Of a stretch of DNA of 64,000 nucleotides, positions 42,943 through 52,582 are shown piece by piece. The notes under the pieces are model-generated. The model searched no databases. It was not told where the DNA came from and was given only the letters and a program-made list of their open reading frames with translations. This stretch comes from the human T2T-CHM13v2.0 reference genome, Homo sapiens. The DNA lies in NCBI RefSeq assembly GCF_009914755.1, contig NC_060934.1; one strand, given 5' to 3'. How positions within the stretch are numbered: the stretch's first letter is position 1; each line of letters opens with the position of its first letter. A program made the position numbers and the translations under genes.

Positions 42943-44139
42943 GGTGGGCATTTTTACGGTACATAAATAATGAGTAAGTTAACTACAAAAATATCTATAC
43001 AATACAAAGAAGTGGAAAAACATATGAAAGAAGATACCTGTTTGGTTTACTCAAAGTAGTGAATGAAAAGAGTGAAAAGAAAGAAATGTAAATGATTTGA
43101 TCTGGCAAAGCAGACCAGTGTCTTCCACTGATCCCTTTTGGCAATTCCATTCAGTTGGATGGCCCAGATGCCATCTTCCATGGCCAAATGGAAAATACAA
43201 TGTCTTATTTTATTGTGGAAAATCCACTGGAAATAACCTTTTAAGTGGTTCTTCTATTACACAGGAATTTAGTAAGTATTGTATCTACTATAAGGCCAGA
43301 ATAAAAGGGGGCTAAAATATTTAAAGGTATCATTCCTACTCTTCAGAAACTTACAACAAGGGTTTTGGGTTCTTGTTGCTATTAACTTCTCAGTTTCTTA
43401 CAACACAATTATTTTGTCTGAAACACAATAAAGTTCTGTGTTACTGTTAAAATAAAACCTAGAGTTTTCAATAATCATCCCAGCTTGTTGTCATCACAAG
43501 CTCTGGACTGGGACAAACTTAAAGGACAACTCAGCCAATAGCTTATCATGTATAATGCTCATATTCCTATTACCATCAGTACTTTAAGGTAAGATTTCAC
43601 TTGATAAGCAATCAATTTTTATTCATTATATAACTGAATTAGAACAGAATTTTTGGTTTATGTTGGTTTAAGTCTTGTATATTAAGACTTGTATTTAAGT
43701 CCTTTCTTTCTTCTTTAAGTTACTAGTCATGGCACTAAATAGTTAACTTGAGGGAAAAAAACCATTCTCTGCTCTGAATATTCTGCTACTAAAATACTGA
43801 AAAGGAGCTGATTTAAGAGAATCACATAAATACTTTTTTTTAAAAAAAAGAAGAGGGTACATACTAAGGAAGAACAGAAAAAAAGGGGAAAAACTTTTGT
43901 AAAGGTAATTTGCTAAAAGTATTTAAAAATAGTTCACGGTTATCCAGGCTCTAAACCCTATTAATATCTAGAGTGAAAAAGAAAGGAGTCAAGCGGATAA
44001 ACAGAAGCTTATCTAAGTGAACTGATTCTTCTCATACAAGCAAATCCTGACCCCTTTCATGGTTTTCAATGTCATGATGATCGGAAAAGACAGCGTTTGT
44101 TGCTTTATAAATATATGGAGCTGTACGTGATTTCAAGAA

Positions 44140-44295
44140 GCTTTCACATACATTATCTCATTTAATTCCCACACAACCCTGTAAGGGAGCAAATGGTGAG
44201 TCCACTTTAAAGGTGAATATCAAAGGTCAAACAGAAAAGCAACAAAGCCGGGACATAAACCTGGACCTTTTACCTCCCAGGTCTGAACACTTTGC
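44140..44295 (-). mobile_element. MIR SINE
   Basis: ctttcacatacattatctcatttaattcccacacaaccctgtaagg. Confidence 0.7.
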
Positions 44296-45109
44296 AAAAC
44301 AGCCACATTTTGAAAAATATTATTATTGGCTCTAGCATTGTTCAATGTGCTTGTTAGAAACACAAGGAAGAAGAGGAGGAGAAAAGGGAGGAGGAGGAGG
44401 TAAGTGTGGGAGGAGGACGAGGATGGGGAGAGAGGAAAGCTTTTGAATTTTCCTAATAGTCCACACTTTGCTATGATTATGCTACTATTCTCTGTGCTTG
44501 TTTTCAAGATGGCTGGAGTTGGTCATCCCTGTGTAAATTGTGGCTACAAAACCAGTATCTGACCCTAAGTGTCAGGCGTGTTCTTTGGTTAGTTAGCACT
44601 GAGTGATTGTTTCAGCAGTTGTGTTGCTTTATGTGAAAGGTCATACATCTTTTCTGAGAAACAGCCACCTAAGCTCTGACTAACAAATCCTTTGGTTTAT
44701 TATAGCTTGATTTCAAATAGCTTCAGGCTATTATCAGCCTCAAGGCACATTTTGCTAACAGATTTCGTACACTTCTTGGGGTTTTATTAGGAAATTCCCC
44801 CACATATCCCTTGGCGTATCTTCCAGCAGTTGTCCAGTTAGGCTACTCACTTTTATTTTTAACTCATTTTCTAGTAAAGTCAACTCAAGAATGTAAATGT
44901 CTTTGCCAGGCTCATGGCTTGCAACCTTGGATGGGTTAGATGCCTATTCATCACTGCTCTGCAGACTAATTTGATATACAACTTGAAACCACATTCAAGT
45001 CATCAGCAACTCTCCTGGGGCAGAAATGGCTGGATATATAGATTCGGTATCATAAATAATGGCTAAAGAAAAAGACTCTTCACCTGGGTCATTTATGAAG
45101 AATAGGTAG

Positions 45110-45306
<197 letters not shown>

Positions 45307-45659
45307 AGGTAGTATTTTTTATGGACGTGGACTTGCATGTCTCCTTTGGAAAATCTCTTACCTATGTCTCGTTTTATTTACTACGAATAGGTATGATATA
45401 CATTTATCTCATGAGCCTACCTTGCTTTTGTAAAGTATTTTGAAATGTTTATGTGAAAATGTTGAATAGGTGGTAAGAATATGGATTATTGCTGTAAATT
45501 ATAAGCAAGAGTGAAGATTGTAACTACTAAAACACTCAATTATGTCTCAAGTGTATAAAAATGAGAATATTTTAATAAATTAAATATCATATATTTATGA
45601 ATCAAAGCTAAATGTTCATTAATATCAAGTAAATATCAGTAAACATGGGAGATATAAAA

Positions 45660-46290
45660 ATGTATGAGACAATTCTGGCTCTCAGTGAGCTTACAATCTA
45701 TAAGAGAAGAAAAGGGGAAAATATAAAAATTAAATAACAACATAAGAAGTATCAAAAGGCAACCTATTGTAAATTGCCACCTGAAATGAAATTGGCAGAG
45801 TCACTACTATAGGTCAGAGGAAGGAGAGATCATTTTCAGAAGCAGTGGGCAGAGAAGATAAAGAGTCCAGCCACATCTCCAAGGCTGAATTCGCTGGGAA
45901 GCAGGAGGAGGTTTTGGTGGAGGGAACCCAGTGAGAAAGTATAGATGTACAAAAGGAAGGAGTATGGATCCCCAAAAGGAAAAAGAATACAGAAATGCAA
46001 GTTATGGTGATAAGGAGAGTTCTAATATGAAATAGGGCTGGAAAGGCCATTTAGAATTGGACCGGGGAGAACTGTGAATGTTAAATTGAAGAGGTAAGGT
46101 TGCTGAACAGAAAAGCATCTTGGTCAAAGCAGCATTTTGGAAATACTCCTTTGGTTATGATATGCCAGATTAAATGGAGCAGGGAGGACCAGAGACAGGG
46201 AGATCAAATAGAACCCATGGCAAGTCCCGGTGTGGGGTGAAGGTGGGGGGATGGGAAAGGAAGAAGTTGAGATAGGAACTCTGTGGAAGA
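45660..46290 (-). mobile_element. L2 LINE fragment
   Basis: gagcttacaatcta...purine-rich L2 antisense motifs (gaccagagacagggagatcaa). Confidence 0.55.
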
Positions 46291-47169
46291 AGTGCACGAC
46301 CTCTCAAGTGTGCTGATCAGCCCTCATTGTTGGAGCTTTCTGTCATTTTCCAAAGCATTGTGAAATATATGGGTTTTTAGAACTGACTCTCTTTAACAGT
46401 TGCCAAGTGAAGAATGAAGAAATGAAGGAGTTTTATTTAACTTACAATATCCGATACCTGTAAAAGTTGATACGTTGAACCTTTTCTTCTTGATCTTGTA
46501 TCCTTACCTAAGAATAAAAAGTGTTAGGCTAAAAAAAAAGTTAAAAAAAAAAAACACCAATCATAAAATGTAGGAATTAAAGGAGTTCTGAGAACATTTT
46601 ATTTTTATTAGACAACCAACTCTAGTTGAACATGTACTATTCCAAACTCTTCTGTCAGTAAAATTGAAGGAAATCCCCCAGAATTCCTGAGATCCCTGTA
46701 CTGGTACTCCTGCTAGAATAACCTTCTGGTTTCGAGGGTTTATAATTTAATGTATTATACAGAAATTCGGAGAAACTTGATGTATCTCTGAATGAGCAGA
46801 GAAAAAAAGTTTCAGGAAAGTTTTCCAACAATTCCAATGTCACGATGTGTTTATATATATAATGATGATACGGCAAAGTTACTGGCAATCTGGCTTCTGC
46901 CCTGAACCTCTACGACCAAGTTCTGGCCTTATCGCACACAGAAAAGCAATGCCTTCCACCCTTCGGGGGCATTTAAGGTTGACACACTCTATTCCGGTAA
47001 CACCACTTGACAGAAAGATGGCAAGGAAAAGCCTCTTCCCCACATTCCCTATGCCTCACCCTGCAGCTCAGCACTCAGAACTCCTTTCCTGGGCAGCGTC
47101 AATTTCAACTTCTTCCAATCCCTTGGCTATTTTGAGACTGCCCCTTGCGGGTCCAGAAGGAAGCCAGGA

Positions 47170-47468
<299 letters not shown>

Positions 47469-47812
47469 GAAGCCAGGAGTCTCAGGCTTTCAGTGACTTG
47501 GATAACTTGGGGTGTAGTCTCCTTCCTCCCCTTTCTAACGCCTCTTGTTTCCTGGCCACTCCTCCTCAACCTCCCCAAGTTGGAAAATCAGCTGATAAAT
47601 CATGGGCAGGGGGTGAATAAACAAATCACTCCCCAGTTTTAACATACTGATGCTGAGGTTTGGGCCTAAAGCAAATTCATATGTTTGCATTTATGTAAGA
47701 GAAAGTGGTTAAAACTGCTTGATTTTATATAAACTTGAAAAACATTACTTTTTGCTTTTGACCTGGACAGCTGTGGAAGTCGGTCTCTCCTTGCAAGGTA
47801 AGGATATGAGCT

Positions 47813-47851
47813 TGGTCATATTGATGACCATCAACGAACATGATGTTCGTT
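47813..47851. promoter_or_regulatory. Two adjacent palindromes: GGTCA-n6-TGACC and GRE/ARE-like GAACA-n3-TGTTC
   Basis: TGGTCAT-attg-ATGACCA 47813-47830; AACGAACAT-g-ATGTTCGTT 47833-47851. Function is inferred from the motif only. Confidence 0.45.
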
Positions 47852-49080
47852 ACGGGCGCTGTTCTTATTCCAATGCTAGAAGGACCTGTGAGCATTATAT
47901 AACATTTTCATGCACCCTTACATAAACAATTAGAAGCTGTTTACTCCTCAAGGACTCAATTAGAGATTTTTTTAATTTTTTTATTTTTTTTTTTATTTCA
48001 GGCCTGAGCTGAGGACACTACAGGAGCCAAATTAGAGAAGGGGCTTGCAGTCCTGCCATATTGCATATTCATGGCTTTCTTGTCCCCTCACCCCCAGTAT
48101 AATCCTTTTTGCCAGGTTAACAACTCACTAATTTCAAAGCAATTCATTTGCCAACTCAAAAAAAAAAAAAAAAAAAAAAAACCACAGATACAACTTTAAA
48201 TGCTTTTGGATTTTAATCCTCTGGAGTATTTATATGTTTTCTTGTCTCATCCCTTCAAAACTAATCTCAGAGTTTTGAGAATCTGGGAACTTGGGCAAAG
48301 GAGAAAACAAGCACGCAGACCAAGGAATCTGAAATCGCAGTTCATTACGTCAGCATAAACTGACAGTACCTTTTTGTTTGTATTGACCCAGCTCAAATTA
48401 TAAAATCACATGAGTAATAAAACACAAAATACAGGTGTTATCATTGAAAAGTCTAAAATGTAATTAAACGCGTTTTTTCCCCCTCGCGGTGGTATCGTTT
48501 ACTCTGTATCTCAACGTTTCTGTCTCCCTAAGCCTCTCCTTTCATATCATGAGCATACATTTTTGCATCATGCTCACACGTTCATTAGCTAGGACTGAGG
48601 AGTGTGTACGATTCCAAAGGGCCCTCAGCGTTAGCTGTTAGATGCACAAACCTTCGCTTCCTTTCCACATCTACTGCACTCGAGGTTCAACAGAGGATCC
48701 TTGCAAGAACAGCGCCCAGAGAGCATTCTTGACAGATGCGCGCTTGGCTCCAGCAACCCGCTCTGCTGGGAAGTTTCTTCTAACCACTAACACCCACCTC
48801 CAATCCCCCAAGCTGTCACGACGCATGCTGGCTGGGTCCCGTCTTGACGGGGGAAGGGTTTTACACACACCCTGCTAGGCTGCCCCACATCACAACCAAG
48901 CTCGCAGGGCAAACTCCTCCAAGCCTGGCGGACAAGCTGTCCCAGGCGCTCTGGCGCTTCCTGAACACCAAGGTCCCCTCCCCGCTCAAGGGAGCTAGCG
49001 CTCTGTTCCGCAGAGAACCCCGGAACTGCAGGTCGAGGGGATGCGGGGGGAGCGGGGGCGCAGGAGGGAGCCGAGTGCTG

Positions 49081-49170
49081 GAGGCAAACGGGGCGCAGGA
49101 GCGGGTGCGGGAGGCAAACGGGGCGCAGGAGCGGGTGCGGGAGGCAAACGGGGCGCAGGAGTGGGTGCGG
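49081..49170. repeat. 30-bp tandem repeat x3 (gaggcaaacggggcgcaggagcgggtgcgg)
   Basis: Copies 1 and 2 are identical; copy 3 has one substitution. Confidence 0.95.
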
Positions 49171-49399
49171 GAGCGAGTGGGGGCTGAGGGAGGGGACGGG
49201 GCCCCGGGGGGAGCCAGGCGCGGAAGGGGGCGCGGGGGAACAGGGACCAGGAACCAGCGGGCGCAGGAAGGGGTGCGTCCGCAGGAACCCGCGGGCGCAC
49301 GGGAGGCACTAGCTACGCGATCAGCTCGGGACTCTCAGGAGCCGCTCAATTGCCAACGGGAGGGGGGTGCGGGGAGTTGGAGGTGGGGGTGCAGACCAG

Positions 49400-49530
49400 A
49401 CGGGGGCGTGCCTTTGCCCGGATTGGCTGCAGGAGCCTGACGCGAGGCCCCGGGGGTTGGCTTGGGGAGTGGGAGCGGGGTGGGGTGGGTGCTGGGTGCC
49501 GGAGCTGCGGGCCCGGCGCGCTCAGAAACA
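49400..49530 (+). promoter_or_regulatory. ADRB1: TATA-less core promoter: GC/KLF box, inverted CCAAT (NF-Y), half-CRE, initiator with probable TSS near 49524
   Basis: GGGGCGTG 49403-49410; cggATTGGct 49422-49426; TGACG 49438-49442; ctCAga 49521-49526 fits the BBCA+1BW Inr. TSS position is inferred. Confidence 0.65.
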
Positions 49531-49682
49531 TGCTGAAGTCCCGGCGGCTCTTCCAGCAGCGGCAGCGGCTCCAGCAGCAGCGGCGGCGGCGGCGGCGGCG
49601 GCAGCGGCAGCGACAGCGCTCGGCTCCTGCGGGAAAGGCGCCCGGCGCCCATGCCTCCGGCCCCGCGCCGCGGCTGCCCTGA
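49530..49682 (+). other. Candidate uORF1, 50 aa, Arg/Gln-rich (MLKSRRLFQQRQRLQQQRRRRRRRQRQRQR...), in frame with ADRB1
   Basis: aaacATGc at 49530 and TGA at 49680-49682; same frame as 49791. Translation unproven. Confidence 0.5.
49554..49615 (+). repeat. Interrupted CAG/CGG trinucleotide repeat, core (CAG)3(CGG)7
   Basis: cagcagcag 49572-49580 then cgg x7 49581-49601, flanked by cag/cgg alternations. Confidence 0.9.
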
Positions 49683-49983
49683 CCCGGCCGCGACCTCCCT
49701 CTGCGCACCACGCCGCCCGGGCTTCTGGGGTGTTCCCCAACCACGGCCCAGCCCTGCCACACCCCCCGCCCCCGGCCTCCGCAGCTCGGCATGGGCGCGG
49801 GGGTGCTCGTCCTGGGCGCCTCCGAGCCCGGTAACCTGTCGTCGGCCGCACCGCTCCCCGACGGCGCGGCCACCGCGGCGCGGCTGCTGGTGCCCGCGTC
49901 GCCGCCCGCCTCGTTGCTGCCTCCCGCCAGCGAAAGCCCCGAGCCGCTGTCTCAGCAGTGGACAGCGGGCATGGGTCTGCTGA
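49651..49983 (+). other. Candidate overlapping out-of-frame uORF2, 110 aa
   Basis: ATG at 49651 in weak context (cccATGc), 140 nt upstream of the main ATG; stops inside the CDS. Confidence 0.4.
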
Positions 49984-51224
49984 TGGCGCTCATCGTGCTG
50001 CTCATCGTGGCGGGCAATGTGCTGGTGATCGTGGCCATCGCCAAGACGCCGCGGCTGCAGACGCTCACCAACCTCTTCATCATGTCCCTGGCCAGCGCCG
50101 ACCTGGTCATGGGGCTGCTGGTGGTGCCGTTCGGGGCCACCATCGTGGTGTGGGGCCGCTGGGAGTACGGCTCCTTCTTCTGCGAGCTGTGGACCTCAGT
50201 GGACGTGCTGTGCGTGACGGCCAGCATCGAGACCCTGTGTGTCATTGCCCTGGACCGCTACCTCGCCATCACCTCGCCCTTCCGCTACCAGAGCCTGCTG
50301 ACGCGCGCGCGGGCGCGGGGCCTCGTGTGCACCGTGTGGGCCATCTCGGCCCTGGTGTCCTTCCTGCCCATCCTCATGCACTGGTGGCGGGCGGAGAGCG
50401 ACGAGGCGCGCCGCTGCTACAACGACCCCAAGTGCTGCGACTTCGTCACCAACCGGGCCTACGCCATCGCCTCGTCCGTAGTCTCCTTCTACGTGCCCCT
50501 GTGCATCATGGCCTTCGTGTACCTGCGGGTGTTCCGCGAGGCCCAGAAGCAGGTGAAGAAGATCGACAGCTGCGAGCGCCGTTTCCTCGGCGGCCCAGCG
50601 CGGCCGCCCTCGCCCTCGCCCTCGCCCGTCCCCGCGCCCGCGCCGCCGCCCGGACCCCCGCGCCCCGCCGCCGCCGCCGCCACCGCCCCGCTGGCCAACG
50701 GGCGTGCGGGTAAGCGGCGGCCCTCGCGCCTCGTGGCCCTGCGCGAGCAGAAGGCGCTCAAGACGCTGGGCATCATCATGGGCGTCTTCACGCTCTGCTG
50801 GCTGCCCTTCTTCCTGGCCAACGTGGTGAAGGCCTTCCACCGCGAGCTGGTGCCCGACCGCCTCTTCGTCTTCTTCAACTGGCTGGGCTACGCCAACTCG
50901 GCCTTCAACCCCATCATCTACTGCCGCAGCCCCGACTTCCGCAAGGCCTTCCAGCGACTGCTCTGCTGCGCGCGCAGGGCTGCCCGCCGGCGCCACGCGA
51001 CCCACGGAGACCGGCCGCGCGCCTCGGGCTGTCTGGCCCGGCCCGGACCCCCGCCATCGCCCGGGGCCGCCTCGGACGACGACGACGACGATGTCGTCGG
51101 GGCCACGCCGCCCGCGCGCCTGCTGGAGCCCTGGGCCGGCTGCAACGGCGGGGCGGCGGCGGACAGCGACTCGAGCCTGGACGAGCCGTGCCGCCCCGGC
51201 TTCGCCTCGGAATCCAAGGTGTAG
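49791..51224 (+). CDS. ADRB1: Beta-1 adrenergic receptor (class A GPCR), intronless, 477 aa; Ser49, Ala187, Arg389 alleles
   Basis: ORF begins [18 protein letters not shown] and ends with PDZ ligand ESKV. It has 7 hydrophobic TMs, DRY, CWLPFF and NPIIY motifs, an N15 sequon, and a proline-rich ICL3 with PKA site RRPS. Kozak context is strong (ggcATGg). Confidence 0.99.
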   Translation: MGAGVLVLGASEPGNLSSAAPLPDGAATAARLLVPASPPASLLPPASESPEPLSQQWTAGMGLLMALIVLLIVAGNVLVIVAIAKTPRLQTLTNLFIMSLASADLVMGLLVVPFGATIVVWGRWEYGSFFCELWTSVDVLCVTASIETLCVIALDRYLAITSPFRYQSLLTRARARGLVCTVWAISALVSFLPILMHWWRAESDEARRCYNDPKCCDFVTNRAYAIASSVVSFYVPLCIMAFVYLRVFREAQKQVKKIDSCERRFLGGPARPPSPSPSPVPAPAPPPGPPRPAAAAATAPLANGRAGKRRPSRLVALREQKALKTLGIIMGVFTLCWLPFFLANVVKAFHRELVPDRLFVFFNWLGYANSAFNPIIYCRSPDFRKAFQRLLCCARRAARRRHATHGDRPRASGCLARPGPPPSPGAASDDDDDDVVGATPPARLLEPWAGCNGGAAADSDSSLDEPCRPGFASESKV

Positions 51225-52562
51225 GGCCCGGCGCGGGGCGCGGACTCCGGGCACGGCTTCCCAGGGGAACGAGGAGATCTGTGTTTACTTAAGACCGATA
51301 GCAGGTGAACTCGAAGCCCACAATCCTCGTCTGAATCATCCGAGGCAAAGAGAAAAGCCACGGACCGTTGCACAAAAAGGAAAGTTTGGGAAGGGATGGG
51401 AGAGTGGCTTGCTGATGTTCCTTGTTGTTTTTTTTTTCTTTTCTTTTCTTTCTTCTTCTTTTTTTTTTTTTTTTTCTGTTTGTGGTCCGGCCTTCTTTTG
51501 TGTGTGCGTGTGATGCATCTTTAGATTTTTTTCCCCCACCAGGTGGTTTTTGACACTCTCTGAGAGGACCGGAGTGGAAGATGGGTGGGTTAGGGGAAGG
51601 GAGAAGCATTAGGAGGGGATTAAAATCGATCATCGTGGCTCCCATCCCTTTCCCGGGAACAGGAACACACTACCAGCCAGAGAGAGGAGAATGACAGTTT
51701 GTCAAGACATATTTCCTTTTGCTTTCCAGAGAAATTTCATTTTAATTTCTAAGTAATGATTTCTGCTGTTATGAAAGCAAAGAGAAAGGATGGAGGCAAA
51801 ATAAAAAAAAATCACGTTTCAAGAAATGTTAAGCTCTTCTTGGAACAAGCCCCACCTTGCTTTCCTTGTGTAGGGCAAACCCGCTGTCCCCCGCGCGCCT
51901 GGGTGGTCAGGCTGAGGGATTTCTACCTCACACTGTGCATTTGCACAGCAGATAGAAAGACTTGTTTATATTAAACAGCTTATTTATGTATCAATATTAG
52001 TTGGAAGGACCAGGCGCAGAGCCTCTCTCTGTGACATGTGACTCTGTCAATTGAAGACAGGACATTAAAAGAGAGCGAGAGAGAGAAACAGTTCAGATTA
52101 CTGCACATGTGGATAAAAACAAAAACAAAAAAAAGGAGTGGTTCAAAATGCCATTTTTGCACAGTGTTAGGAATTACAAAATCCACAGAAGATGTTACTT
52201 GCACAAAAAGAAATTAAATATTTTTTAAAGGGAGAGGGGCTGGGCAGATCTTAAATAAAATTCAAACTCTACTTCTGTTGTCTAGTATGTTATTGAGCTA
52301 ATGATTCATTGGGAAAATACCTTTTTATACTCCTTTATCATGGTACTGTAACTGTATCCATATTATAAATATAATTATCTTAAGGATTTTTTATTTTTTT
52401 TTATGTCCAAGTGCCCACGTGAATTTGCTGGTGAAAGTTAGCACTTGTGTGTAAATTCTACTTCCTCTTGTGTGTTTTACCAAGTATTTATACTCTGGTG
52501 CAACTAACTACTGTGTGAGGAATTGGTCCATGTGCAATAAATACCAATGAAGCACAATCAAG
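51225..52562 (+). other. ADRB1: ADRB1 3' UTR with U-rich/AU-rich tracts and miRNA seed sites
   Basis: Runs from the stop codon to ~20 nt past AATAAA 52536; U-rich tract 51422-51480; AU-rich stretches near 51965-51990 and 52360-52405. Confidence 0.8.
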
Positions 52563-52582
52563 ATTATGTACTGTGTGTCTGT
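52536..52582 (+). terminator. ADRB1: Main polyadenylation signal with downstream GU-rich element
   Basis: AATAAA 52536-52541, with tgtactgtgtgtctgt ~25 nt downstream. Confidence 0.8.

Larger units (their letters stand above)
49524..49790 (+). other. ADRB1: ADRB1 5' UTR (approx.) with CAG/CGG repeat and upstream ATGs
   Basis: Runs from the Inr-like element to the main ATG; upstream ATGs at 49530 and 49651. Confidence 0.65.
48900..51270. promoter_or_regulatory. ADRB1: CpG island covering ADRB1 promoter, leader and whole CDS
   Basis: Abrupt shift from AT-rich, CpG-poor flanks to very GC/CpG-dense sequence; boundaries estimated by eye. Confidence 0.92.

Noticed and set aside
49081-49170. 30-bp repeats as a CRISPR-like array
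   Set aside because: Head-to-tail repeats with no spacers, no cas genes, and eukaryotic context.
48844-49440. 198-aa ORF with REANGAQERV repeats
   Set aside because: TTG start; it is simply the translation of the 30-bp promoter repeat, upstream of the probable TSS.
49335-49873. Poly-Pro, poly-Ala and poly-Arg ORFs on the minus strand, and the poly-Ala sense frame
   Set aside because: Alternative readings of the CAG/CGG repeat in a CpG island; no evidence of an antisense mRNA from sequence alone.
49958-50713. 251-aa alternative-frame sense ORF inside ADRB1
   Set aside because: GTG start with no internal Met, downstream of a strong main ATG; explained by GC bias.
50196-51254. 352-aa antisense ORF over the ADRB1 CDS
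   Set aside because: Expected shadow of a GC3-rich CDS (stop codons depleted); low-complexity product with no recognisable domain.
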